Assembly: GCA_043228905.1 (NCBI GenBank)
Contig: JBHGNT010000005.1
Span: 5,394,001-5,458,000, forward strand
DNA from: Azolla caroliniana
Taxonomy: Eukaryota; Plantae; Polypodiophyta
Length of the DNA stretch: 64,000 nt
Direction: 5' to 3'
The notes under the pieces are model-generated. The model saw only the letters and a program-made list of their open reading frames with translations, had not been told where the DNA came from and made no database searches. Each line of letters begins with the position of its first letter. Within the stretch, counting starts at the first letter, position 1. The position numbers and the translations under genes were made by a program. Below, in pieces: positions 24,401-38,100 of the stretch.

Positions 24401-27400
24401 TTACCAAGTTATCATTTTAGTTTAGTAGTTAGTCCTCAAGACTCAAGAGATAGCTATTGTATTCTTCTACTCCAATCTTTTGTAAGCTTCTGTATCCATT
24501 ACTCGAATATTATATGTTCTTTATTTCTTTATCATTGCTCATTGGCTATTGACTAAACCCCGCGATTGAGTACATTTATTGAAACTCCTTACCTGCTCAT
24601 TAGATGAGTTATTAGGGTGAGTGATATGTTGCTGACATTTCTATAGTCACCTTTGTCGAAATATGCCAGGCTAGAATGAATGATCATCAACTTTGAAGTC
24701 ACCTAGAGTCTACTTTCACTGAGAAGGATGACTATGATGACACTTCTGAATGCACACACTGAGTCAATTTGCAGCATCTTTGAACAGAAAAATCTGGAAT
24801 CAGGGTTTACTTTCTGTGCACTCTCCTTGTGTGGAATAAAATCATTCCGCTTGGAGCTATGCAATAGACTTACACATCAGAAACGCATGGACAATTGAAT
24901 GTTTCCATGTGTCCTTTCCTGAAGGTAATCTGTTGGAAGCGGAGATCAAAGATTTGTGATTGTGAGTTTGAAGAAAGTAAGGGGCTTGATAGAGCTGGGT
25001 AATTTAATATTCCACTATCTTGGAGATTGTTGGCTTTCTAAACGTACAAGATTGTCAATGTTTTCTTTAATTCAAAGTTTGTAGCTTTCTTTTTGACAAA
25101 ATATGTGTCAGCAACATGATATTTGTATTGAATAAAATTTTTTGGATCATAAGAAGAGGCAGCATCAATTTGACTCTTGGATACGCATAATGGGACATTC
25201 CTTAGGCACAATGCTTCTCCAGTATTTAGACTGAGAAACTATAGCTGTGGTAGTCACATATAGTGGTACATTCTTTAGGCACTGCTGTTCTACAGTATTT
25301 CATACAGCTATTTATATTTCTTAGGTTCTGGACTCTTTGTCTTCTTTGATTAGTGTTGTTTCCACTGTGCCCTTTTCTTTGTTTTACATTCGCTGAGAGT
25401 TTTCTTGGCTTCTTATATCTGCAACTCATGGTTTCTTTTTAGAAAGATTAACTTAATATATTGGAAGTTCTATCAGTATTATCAGCAATGGCTTTACACT
25501 TCTGTTCACAATATTAAGAATGTAGAAAAATATGGATATATTGTTGCCATGGTGGTTGCTTATGACAAGAAAAAGAAGTACTGTAGAAAGTTATGGAGAT
25601 AATAGAAACCAAATTTGATGTTATTGTCCTGTAATATGTGACACGTATAATGTTCTGGACTTGATTGTAGGCGGGACTCTCAAAAGGTGCTGTATTTGCA
25701 GCATGGTCTTCTGGACAGCTCATTAGGGTAAGTTTTGCATGATTGAAATATTTCAGTCGACATTGAATGTTAGAAACATTTGGTTATAGACTAAAAACTG
25801 TTTGGTTCTAAACATGTGATATGATGTACTTAACAGATGGGTATCAAATGGAGTTGTTGGCTCACAAGCATTTGCTGCATATGACCAAGGTGGGTAATAT
25901 ATTTCAATATTCCAACTGCCACGCTTGAGTCTTATTGTGCTCTCTCTGAAGTTTCCCATAACAGGATATGACGTTTTTCTTGGAAACTTTCGAGGTCTTG
26001 CTTCAAGAGAACATGTGGACAAGAACATCTCATCCCAAAGGTACGAGGATCCATTATACAAATTTCGAGTCTGTTCTTTTGATAAAATATATTTTATATA
26101 GATCAAACTTTGTAACATACTGGCTGAAATATTGCTTAATGAATTGGGAAATTTGTAGAGAATGTTGTGTATATGCCTCATACGTACATTTTTACCACTT
26201 TAGAGCATCTGTCATTATAGGGCAACTTCTGTGACAATGAGATTTGTAGAGAAGTTTTTGTAAAAGGCTAGATGTTATTATTGTAGTCCTGATAGGAGGT
26301 ATATTGATAATTAGCTATTTACAATTTTTTGGAAGTTGGGAGTTGATTTTTGAGTTGATTTTGCTAGTAAAGAAAGATGAGTAATAGTTGTAAATTAGCT
26401 ATCAAGGAAACAGAAATACATGATGGCTGAGGTTTTCCGTCTCAAGAAGTACTAGAAACTCAGTTCATTGGTGGTTTGTGTGAAAAGTAATATCTGGGGC
26501 ATGGTTAATATATGATTAGGAAAAAATACTCCCTATTTTGTATTTCCAAGCTCAAATAATGTTGCATATGAATGTATGTCAATTATAAGGGTTGATACTG
26601 GAAGTTCATGCAATCTTGCCATACATACACTCACTCCTAGCAATGAAGTTGTATAAACCCATCATGAAAGTGTTACTTGTTCACCAATTTACACCTATAA
26701 ATCAGTGTTAAAGAGGTCTGTCAATGACATCAATAATTGGGTCAATTTAAATAAATGTACCTACTAGTCCCATCCCATGATGTTATTCGTTCAGTCTGAT
26801 ATTAATATTGGACTCATGAGTCATTATCCCTGTTTTCCCAATGAAATGGCAATATCTGTAGAGACATTATGTTCATTATTTCCTTGTGCTTCTATAAAAG
26901 TCTACGTTTGCATTACCAGGTATTGGAGTTATTCTGTCAACGAGCATGGCATGCAGGATATTCCGTCGATGATAAACAAGATTCATTCAATAAAAATGGA
27001 AGAACTTCAGGGCCTACATATCATTTCTGATGAGACATCAGACATTGATCCGCAACCGTACAAGATATGTGGCGTGGCCCATAGCCTGGGAGGAGCGGGG
27101 TTGTTGATGTATGTTGTAACAAGACACCTTGAGAATAAACCACATCGATTATCCCGCCTTATACTACTATCACCAGCTGGTTTCCACAAAGAGGCACCTT
27201 GGGTGTGTACAATTTCACAATATATCCTTCCAGGGCTTGCCCCTTTATTAATGCCTTTGATACCAGGTTTCTACATTCGGACAAAGATTTTTAGGGGTCT
27301 TTTCAACAAGCTAGCACGAGATTTCCAAAACTATCCAGCACTGGGGGGTCTTGTGCAAACGCTTTGTAGCTATGTAGTGGGAGGAGATAGCTCAAATTGG

Positions 27401-28036
27401 GTGGGTGCCCTCGGGCAAACCCATTACAATGTATATGACATGCCGGGTGTTGCATATCGAGTGCTGGTTCATCTATGTCAGATGAGAAGGGCTGATCGAT
27501 TCCAGATGTATGATTTTGGGTCCACCTCGGAAAATATGGAAGCTTATGGCAGTCCATACCCTTTAGATATTGGGGCTAATTATGGTGTGGTTGATATTCC
27601 AGTGGATCTTGTCGCTGGTAGGAAAGATAAGTTAATCCCGAGGGCAATGGTGAAACGGCATTATCATGCTTTGAAGGAGAGAGGTTGTATTGTTTCTTAT
27701 AGTGAATTTGAATATGCACATCTAGATTTCACCTTTGCCCATCGGGAAGAGTTGCTGGCATATGTAATGTCAAAATTACTTCTTGTCACTTCACCAAAAT
27801 CATCTCAATTGAAAAGTGGCCGAACAAATTTGACATCAAGAGTGAATTCGAGGAGGTTGAAAAGTAACAAGTTCGATGCATTTCCTGAAGATATAAGGAA
27901 GGGATCTCTGGATAGCATAAGCAATGAATTTCTTGATCCAATGACCAATGGTACTTCACATGATATCAAACATCTTGGTCAATCTAACAAGCATCAGTCT
28001 CTGCCAGCCATGGATGCGTATGAGTTATTGGATTAA
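21425..28036 (+). CDS. Alpha/beta-hydrolase lipase (acid-lipase/sterol-esterase family, At1g18460/At1g73920-like), about 752 aa
   Basis: Exons 21425-21465, 22147-22320, 22456-22861, 22940-23205, 23303-23371, 25671-25727, 25837-25889, 25965-26040, 26920-28036; all GT-AG and phase-consistent (2259 nt). Motifs GWELRPT, GYPYE..VVTEDGYVL, LQHGLLDSS.GW, GYDVFLGNFRG, nucleophile AHSLG, GRKD, YAHLDF. Confidence 0.95.
21570..22035. repeat. Tandem duplication, period about 235 bp, in lipase intron
   Basis: CATAGGTGGGAAAATATGCCAGAGTCATCTTGTCATCTATGAA at 21570 and 21805 with continuing similarity. Confidence 0.9.
23901..24170. repeat. Tandem duplication, period about 141 bp, in lipase intron 5
   Basis: ACTAGTATATTTAAAT...TTAATGCGCTTAG...AAATGGTTATC...GGGAATCC at 23901 and 24042. 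Confidence 0.85.
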
Positions 28037-31000
28037 TTTCACATTTGCTGATACAACTCGTGTCTCAAAAGTATTTGATTTAATCACATGGCAATTTCAT
28101 AAAAGATCTTTGTGGTAACTCGACTTGTACCTTGTAGGAAGTGCTATTCTTATATTGTTTTCTTTGTGATGTGCAAATAGCAAGGAGCACATAAACTGGG
28201 AAGAAAATATTTACTTTCTAGATGCATGCATTGAAACATAGTAAATATCTCTATGCTCATATTGTCTACATGTAGTGTGAAGAGACATGAAACAACAAAA
28301 TTGAGAAGGAATTTAGATAGAATAAATAAATCAAAACATTGTAAAAACACATGTTTATATTCGCTATTCACATTTGTATATATGTTATTGCTTTATTTGA
28401 CTCGGTTTGCTTGCACATTCATTTATTTCATCTTTTCTCTGTTTAATGTTGACATGCGCTAACATTACGTTTTTATATGAATGAATGTATCACATATAGC
28501 TAAATGTGTGTGGATTGATAGAAATCTAGTATAAAAAAAGCTAGACGTTTTCTAGTTCAAATTTTTCATTTGAAATAAACTGGATGCAATGATAACATGT
28601 TCGTGAATATACCATATAAAGGACCAAGGTATAATGATCATGATGCAAGAGAGTGGGATGAGATAATATGATATATTCATTTATTGAATGCTTGATGAAT
28701 ACAATGAAGAGTGGCTTTAGGATTGTACTGCTGGTCATGCATGAGTAATGAGAGTAGAGTGAGGATGAGTAGTATTATATGCTCTAGATGCCGCTTAAAA
28801 AAGAGGAGTTGAAGTTATCCATTAATGAAATGGTAGGCGCATCCTAGATTTAAAATATGCAAGAGAATTGCAAGATTTAGAATATGCAAAAGAACTTTAG
28901 AAGCTCTTTATGAATCTGAGATAAAGATTGGTTTGTTTTTCTTTAATAATGTAACATTGAGGTGTAAATGGCATGATTTATATGGCTTTTCTTATGTTTT
29001 CTTGAGGAATGGACCAAAGAAGGTGTTTATGAGTTACTTGGAAATTGAGCTTTTTCCTTGAAATGCCCAAGAAATCACCAAACCAATAGGTTCAAAATTG
29101 CAATATCATTGCCTTAGTAACACCACCAAATGAATTGATAATGAAGTTTAATAATAAATAGATAAGATGATATATTGTGTAACGTGTTTCCTCTACTTGT
29201 GCTAAAATCAATGCACGAAGAGGATCTCTAGTCTACCATTGTCTTCAATCGCATGCACCCTCGTCTTTGACACTATTTGAAGAGTGGTTTAGAAAAGGTG
29301 GAAAAACAATGATTTCATTGGTAAGTACAACATATTTACTTGTTAAAAAATGCACAAGATGATTATTTTCAATAAGGGAGTTGAATGTGTGTGATCACAT
29401 ACCATTACATGGTCTTAGATTGTGACTCATTAGCAATGACATTTTAGGCTCATAGCCAAAGGATAAAATTTGTGAAACTTAATGTTTTGAGTTCAATAAT
29501 TTGGTACATATGCTTGTGCGACACAAATATTTAATATATAGACAAACCATTTATACACTTCTCTCTCCTACTATTTGATTACTTCATGGTTCATTTAGGC
29601 AATGAGATTTGGGGCTATCTATGATCACTGAGACATATAAAGTAGTTAGGAGAGTTATTTAATAAGAGTTCCCTTTTAATTCATCTCATTAAATATGAAC
29701 ATGTTTGGGTTGAACTCCTATGTTTGCAAACATAAGGGGAGACCATACATATTGATATAATCAGTGCTAATCTATGCCCAAGTCATAGAACCTCAACTAG
29801 GTGGATCCTCCACCTCGATCAAATTTATTACACCCAAATTTATATATTTTTTAAGAGGAGAGAAAGAAAAGGAAAAGAAAGAAAAAGTAGGGGGGCTGAA
29901 AAGAAAGAGGAAGACCTATATCAATGTACATATTGGTGTTCATCAACACATGAACATTCACATAAGCTCCCCATCTAAAAGTGTTGATTATAAAATAGCT
30001 TGACCTCACCTAGTTGGTTAAATATAGTAGATTCTATGGTTAGAAATTCATATATATGTTGGCATACAAATGGTGCAAATAGAATCTATGTGGTCACAAG
30101 CCAACTATAACTCCTCAATAAGCATCTTGAATGGATGATGTAAAGCACGTATTGGGTAGGGTAAAGATGTCATTGTGACAATCTAATTTACGGTTTAGGG
30201 TTTAATATGCATAAAGGGAAAAATGATACTTGAGACGGGCCGTTAACCATAACACTCATTATAATACACATTGTGAATTATGTGATTTCTATAAAAGTGA
30301 ATAATAATGAGACACTTCACAACAATCTACCCTTCATTTAGTATGGTCTATCATATAAAGCAAAATGCACTTTTTAAGACAACTTTGGAACCTATATCCA
30401 TATTCTACCTCAAATTGTGTTGTAGGTAGAGATGGCCATTAAAAAAATTTAGACCTACAAAATTTAGATCTATTTAGTACAAACGTGCCATATTGGCTCC
30501 ACCATCCATGTGTAAGTTGCCCCTTCTAGACTTATATTTTTAATATGCTTGTATGTAGTTAGTTATTTTATAACTTCCAAAATAAAACTAGTTTGGGTTG
30601 TTCAAAGCATAGTACGTTGGAAAACGAATGCGAATGTTATTCAAACATTCTTCTGTTTTTTTCCCATTTTTTAGGCTTATTTACCTCATAATAAATAGTT
30701 AATCCAAAAGTATGGCATTTATCATTCTTTGAATGCACGTATGGTACGTATGGTTCATTCTGTGGTTCAAAGTCACCTTGTTTCAGAAATCCATGTTTTT
30801 TGTGACACATTATATGAACCCATATTTGGTACAAATTTCCATAAAATTAGAAATATATGTTCATGTCAGCAATACAAAGATTGAACTCAATGCCTATTTG
30901 CGACAAAGAATAATGAATACAATTTCTCCTTTATGGTTCTTGTTAAATGTGTAGGACATTTATGGTTCTTGTCCTCTTAATGGAGCATAACATTTCCTAC

Positions 31001-34000
31001 AAGACATATGAATTCCGTAAGAAATTCAATTATTAAAAACCAAAATTGTGCAGCAAACGAGGACAAAAAGCCCAAACCAACAAGTAATTACATTCAATTA
31101 TTCTCAAAACATTTGAAGGATTTTCTATGCTTTATCTATATGGTCCAAGTCCACTTTATATACGTATGCTAAAGCTGCAATGCTGAATGCACACCTGTGG
31201 GTAAAGTAATCATATTAATCATCTTCAAAGCTTTTTGAAAAGCAACTCCAGTCTCTAGGTAAGACATGCATCGTTAACTACAGTAATCGTTCTGATTTAT
31301 TTTACTTGTTCATTTTAGAGATATGCTCTATTCAAGAAGCAATGTCAGGATTCCAATCTGCAATTGAGATAACTTTCTAGTAAGTTAGTATAAAGTTTTA
31401 CTGATGCAAACGTAAAACTGTTTACCAGTGCAAAATGATGTGCCTACCTCACAGAAGGGAGTGATAGCCACCACATTTTGCTGAATGACTGGAAAATGCT
31501 GAGTGTGTATACCAACTTTCCCGGGAATAAGTTTCGATACTAGACATCCAGAAAGCATAAGAATATTAACAAGAAGTCTCAAGGTAAATTAATTGTAGAT
31601 CAAGGAGTTAATATTTTCAAATAAGTTAAAATTATGTGAAAAAAAATAATGGCACCTTGCATATAAACTAGTGGGATTGCCTAGGCAATGCATTTTATTG
31701 AGAAGGGGTCTGTTTAAGAACCACTAATGGCTCCTTCACATGATAGAAAATGGGGACATGCTCATTCTCATAAAGATACCGATCTCAGACCGTATCAGCA
31801 CAAGTGGCTTATGTTGTCTGCACAAGCCTAATTTCTTAATGGCTACCTGAAATAGGGAGTGTCAAGTTTGAAGATGGTAGGAAACACGGAAGCTTTGTTG
31901 TGTTAGTCAGCTTCTTATCTTTAGCCTGACCAACTGGTACTTCAGACAATGCTTGTCCGCAATCTTGTTCTTTTAGTTTTTTCATCATCTGCTCTATTTT
32001 TGCATTCTCTACCTATTTTGAAGATGATGTGCGGTTAGGCTGAGAGATTTCTTAACCCTGAAAAGGTCAGAAGTAAACACTGACTTACTTGATAAGATAC
32101 TTCTTCACTGAGATTCCGGTGCATTAATTGTATTCCTTCTCCATGAATTGCAAATAACAGAATATCTTCTGATCTGTCATCAGAATGAGATCATAATTTG
32201 ACATTCATTTGAGCATGCATGATGGTAGCTAATGGCTGTAAATTCCTTACATGGGAACAACTGACTGTATAGGATTATTGAAGAGTTGCAATGCAAGAGG
32301 GATCATTAGCCCTGTTTCTTGCATCTGAAAGATGCTGACACCATAAAATTCTTCTACAACCTGTTTGTTTAAATATATTTTGCAATATGTTTTTGTTACG
32401 AGTCAATAAGGGCACGTGTTTATAACAATACAATTGAGAAAGATATTGGCAAGAGGTTTTAAGTACACTGTACAAGCAATGTATTCTTAGAAATTGTGAC
32501 TAATGCTGTGACATAACTCTTTCCCAGGCTTTCAAAAGCTATAGTCTTTTCAATATCCAAGATCCACATGTGGTTATCATGTCTGCAATCTGTTCACCAA
32601 GCTAATAATATTAAAGAGTTTTGAGGGTAACCATATGCGGTAGTATGTAGCATGATTTTATTTCAGGAGGGCAGAACAAACCATATGTCAAATAGTATAT
32701 AATCACTTTTCCAAAACCACCCAAAGCTAGAAATAATGATTCTGAGCTTTCTTGTGATGATCTGCAAAGCAAAGTGAAAGACAAACATTTTAAAATATGA
32801 ATTGATCTTGTTTAGCTAAATATGCATTTTGAATGAAGCTATATATTCACGCAGTTGCAAATATATGCAATTTATGTGGCACAACATTTAACCTGGTTTG
32901 TGTGATATACTATATTTACCCAATGGAAATTGGAAACAAAAATCATGTTTAGTTGAAATGTAATTTTCTGCTTGATTGCTCTGAAGGTGCCTGTCCTCTT
33001 CTCTGAAACACTAGTTATAATCTATTCCTTTAATAGCACATTTACAGCATATATGGACTAGGTGTGTGGTTCTCTGTCATATAGTTCTACTCTGGAATGT
33101 CTCAGGAATGTTGGGCATATCAGAATATCTAAAATGTATTTTCCATCTTTGAGGTGCTAAATTGTCCCATCCAAGTCATTCCAAACAGGATGCACAAACC
33201 ATTGCAGTTTCCAACTTGCATTATATCATTGTCATCAGCATTAATGGAGACGCAACAATAGCATTTCAACTCCATTACTAGGTCGCATTTTCCTAGACCT
33301 AAAATGCAATCTAAACCTTTAATCACAGCTTGCCATTCTCTTATGGTTTACAGGCAGGTGCATTTTGTGGAGTTACCACCATTGCTACATGAATTAAGTT
33401 CAATTCATCTAAGTTCAGGATATTAAGTTTTTAGCTAATGAGATTCTCTGATACCTTAGGAAGTTCCATAATTTAGTTATATTTATTTTGATTGTTCTCA
33501 AAGACAAGATGACATTTCACGACGTGATCTCTTGTTCAGCCTCATTGGACATTTTAGAAAGAATTTAACCTTCTGAACTTAGATGAACTGAAATTTCTGC
33601 CTCTGAAAAATTTCCAATATGAGACGATTCACATTGGAAAGTTCTCTGAAGCTTCAATATCATATGATAGTGGTCTTTATTTATCAGTGACAAGGGTGAC
33701 AGGATTGTAATCCAGATGGACAAGGCCCAGGAAGTACTGATTCCACAGCACAACAAGGGTGACTGGATTAGGGAAGGAAGTCATCCAACCAGAATATATC
33801 TTTTAAATACAGGAGGTGCATCCAAGTAGGATGTAATACTCTATGAGGGAGCCAAAACGTTTTAACAAACGTATAAACTGACATAAATATGATAGTTTAT
33901 AAACGAATTAAAAGTGGGTATTAGATCAGAAATATTACACAGCATGGCCTAGAAAAGTTCTATCCTTTCGAGGGTTAGATTGTGGGTCCACACGGTCTCA

Positions 34001-34699
34001 ACTGCAGAACTGGAAGGTTATCACCCTTACATATAATCTGTCATGCATTACATAGATATACATGAAAATACTCTGGTCATGAAACAAATAATCACTGAAG
34101 GGAACATCATTTTGGATAGCAGACGAAGTCACTGACTAAAGAATAAGAAAAAGGAATAAAACCAAATCAATAAAGCAAGACAGCAAAGAAAATTGGTACT
34201 TTACAGTGGTGTTGCAAACATCAAAGAATTCTAGAGTCCATAGAAAACACCACATGTTTACCATAAATTTAACCACGTGCAGGTTTTAGTACAACTTTCA
34301 TTAACCAACACTTTTAGTTTCGCAGTTGGTAAGTAGTATCACAAAGGCTTGATGTTTGAAGGTATTCCAAAATGTGACTGAAAGACCTGCCCAGACAATT
34401 TCTGGGATTTGGACAGAGATTGTGCATAATCTCAGAGGTTATTTGGATAACACAAATGGTAATATGCAACAGGTGGAGCTTAAATGGTTGGAATGCCATT
34501 TGGGACAAAGAAATATTTTATAGATGGATTTCTAATAAGGTGAAGAGGTTCTAGTCTACACCAAAGTATTTATTTAAGCCAACGATTGGAATATAGGAAG
34601 GGGCTCATTACCAAATGGTACATCTTATGTATAGCCTTAGGGCATTTCTTAATACTAGTCTAGTATCTTTTTGGAAAAAAAAGGTCGTTTGGTTTCTTT

Positions 34700-34848
34700 G
34701 TATCGTATTTACTTTTTTTTACTTAGTAACATTTATTTATTTATTTAAATTTGTTGTTTTCATAGACAAGACAACACTTCAGATGTAATCTCTTGTTTGG
34801 TCTTATAGGCCATTTTGGTATCTAAAAAGACGTTAATATATCTTTTTT
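34700..34848 (+). mobile_element. LINE 3'-end fragment (family of 45.9-47.9 kb element)
   Basis: AGATGTAATCTCTTGTTTGGTCTTATAGGCCATTTTGG...AAAAGACGTTAATATATCT. Confidence 0.85.
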
Positions 34849-35115
34849 TGTGTCATTTGGTGATGAACCTGGTTTGCCCCAATGGTCTGGTTGCCTTACA
34901 TAGGACACTAATATGACAATAAATGATTGTGCATTTATAGCATAGAATATGGACTAAAATCCCAGGGTCGAATCTACTTGAACCGTTGTTTAGTGATCAG
35001 AGCTCTGACCTGTCAAATTATAAAGTGTTCTAGAAAAAGAAATATTTATCTAAATCCGTTATTTTCGATACACTGTTTTGGAGCGTTCCAAATATTTGTG
35101 CAAGATGGGCGTTCA

Positions 35116-38100
35116 TCACATATATGAGAATTTCAAAGATAATAGTGAAGGTGGAGTCGTGTACTTGCTCATGAACTCAGTAGTATTTCTCGTTTCTGCA
35201 CACAAAGAATGCAAACAGCTTCCATAGAATATACAATGGCATAAACACATGATATCAATGTCATGCCTTGCTATAAGAGTAACCCCAAATTCCACCTGTT
35301 GCTTGGCTGTAATGTAAATAACCAGATGAGACAGCATAGAATAGACGTATATTGACACATATGCTCTGCAGCCATGGAGATATATTTATACCTGGACTAG
35401 AACTGTCATATCTAAAAAATGTCAACAATCCTGAATCCTTGTAGGAGCCAAGAAGTAGACACTGTACTTGATTGTTTACCTACAGTACAAACTTGCAAAC
35501 TGTTCATTTGAATATCTAACCTAGAATCATAGACCATAAACGAAAATTCTATTTCAATAAATTGTTACATTCTCATATGATGGTAGGTCGAGAGTCTTCA
35601 GCATTGTCAGGAAACAATATTCTTCAATATCCACGGTAAGTACCTGAATCAAATGATACCTTTAATTATTTTTCAAAATATAAGATAATGCCCTATAACA
35701 CAAGCTCACAAACTGGCCTACTGGGCTTGTAGGATCATTGTGAAATTTGGCCAACCTATTTGTCACAAATTCATGCAGCTTACAGATATTTGCTGATACT
35801 ATTGCAACCTTATTCAGTGAATGGTTCAGCATCATTTTTAATCCACATCGTTGTAGGACGTGATAATTTCCTACCAAGGAGACAACACAACTGATAGCAG
35901 CTATTTCCTACCAGGGATACTAATACAGTTTCTCTCATTGTTCTTATAGAAAGACAATATTTTCAATAGAAAGTTTCATAGAAATTAATCTTCATTTAAT
36001 CCTTTCTTGAAAGAGAGGTATCCACAACCAAGACACTGTAGCGGCTATGAGATTTGAGAGACAACATGCTAATGCACAATTACAAGAACTATTATTGTCC
36101 AATACATTGGTCACATCAGGACCAAGCCTCTCCAATGCAGAAGATTGGAGAAACATCCAAAGGCTCTTCTTTCTTGAGGTAAGGAGACATAGAGAGAGCG
36201 TCTTGAGAAAAAGAAAGAAACTTGTTGTCAGTACATGTAAGATTCTCAAGTCAGATATATTGTAATTTTTGTCTTCAAAAGATCTCTCTCATAGATCGAT
36301 CCAGAATGGAGAGGTCTCCGATGCGATGGTGGCACCTGCGATGGCGGGAGATAATGGCTTTTATCCCATTGATGACAAGGGTGGTGAGATCGTAGTCCAA
36401 GGTGCCAGGGCCAGGGCCCACATGCATTACAGATTGCTATTGCCCAATCTTTTGCAACCCCTTTGTAATGCCCTGATCAGAAGCCCATTTGTGTAGCCCT
36501 TGATTGACTTGAAGCATGAGAGAGAGGTCAACATCACTGATCCACCGAGACGGAATGAAGTGAACTGCTATATTAACATCTTCAAAAGGCCAAAGTTACC
36601 CATGAGACTAAAACTGATGATCACATGAATCTAATCGAAGTCTGTAATTAAGCTGTGTGATTTGAATACAATGATAAAGGAACCATGGGTACACCGTACA
36701 AGTAATCCGGAGGATAAAGCCTACAAAACAAATAAATACACATCTGGGAGAGGTAGAACGGGAGTGTATTAGCCAGCCCATGAATGCTCTCACAGGAAGA
36801 TGCTGCATGACATCAACGTCCACTTGCATCATGGAAGTTTACAAATGAAGATGTTTCTTTTCACCAAAGCATTCGACCTATAGCTGAACATAGCAACATG
36901 GGGAAATCCACGATTCTACTAAATTTACTATGCATGAAGTTTAATAAGTTTTTCTTTTTATTCTTATTAATGAAGATGCTCCTTTCTGTGAAAGGAAGAC
37001 GTGCCAAATCATAAATACAAAGATGAGGCATGCTACATACCTGCTGCATTGATTTTATCTGAATAAAAGATATTTGTGGGAGCCCTGTACCCTGTAGCAC
37101 CGACGATCAAGCATTAGTGTTTAGCTTAAAAGACCACTTCATCATAGCTTAATCTAGTTGAATGAGTTGCGATAAATAAGTTTCAGAGAGAACAGATTAG
37201 ATGAATAAAATATCAAAAAAATTGTAAAATGAGTACTAATCAATTGTCAAATAATACACAACTGCCACTATTAAATGAAATGCTTAAGCAATTTGTTGAT
37301 CTGATAGAAAATACTTGCCTGACAACATACAATTGCACACTTGCTTTGTTTGTGATATGCCATGTGGGATGGTGTAGCATTGAGTTGTGTTTTATCCCAA
37401 CTGTAAAACATTCAGTATACTTCAAATTCTTAGCCATGGTTAGAGGTCACATTACACCATAGTTGTTAAAAAATGCACATTTTATATACTATGAAGTATT
37501 CCAAATGTATTCTACATTTTAGAACTGTGATTTCAAAATATTTTACTATTCTCTGTAGGTAACGCATTTTATCTGTAGAATACATATTCTAAATATTTTA
37601 AAAATAAAAGATAGAATACTTAGCATGCCTATTCTATACATATTGTATGCCAAGTATTGTACAACCATGTATTACATTGTGATATTAAAATATATACCAT
37701 AGCTTCAAAGAGATGTCAAGATGTGAAATTAGCAGCTGCCTACTTTTAGATACAGCTACAAATGAGTAAGGAAATCTTTCTGTATGGAATCTGTGCAGAA
37801 GAAATATCCATATTAAGCTATTATAAATGTCTTCATATACATATTCATTAAAGCCAATGACATGTACACAAATTAGGCATCAAACATAAATTGCGGTAGC
37901 CATATTTTACATCTGAGTGGACATACATATGCAAGTTATGTTTGTGCATTAATGTAATTATTAGTAACCTTGCTATTGATATCAGAGGTTTTGCAGCACC
38001 ATGCACACTAGATGCCTGGATCTGTTTCCCGTTTTTAAACAGCAGGACAGAATTTTCGCTTGTATGGGCCAGCACAGAATCAGACAGAACATCAATATGA

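Noticed and set aside
26777-26919. N-terminal part of the 419-aa ORF as coding
   Set aside because: Intronic read-through; a phase-compatible acceptor at 26919 joins exon 8 to YWSYSVNE
27076-27090. AHSLG instead of GxSxG as a sign of inactivation or novelty
   Set aside because: First-position substitution is common in this subfamily; Ser, Asp and His candidates are all present
37848-37968. DDB1-like gene ending at the 205-aa ORF stop
   Set aside because: A donor at 37968 and six further phase-consistent exons with DDB1-like motifs follow
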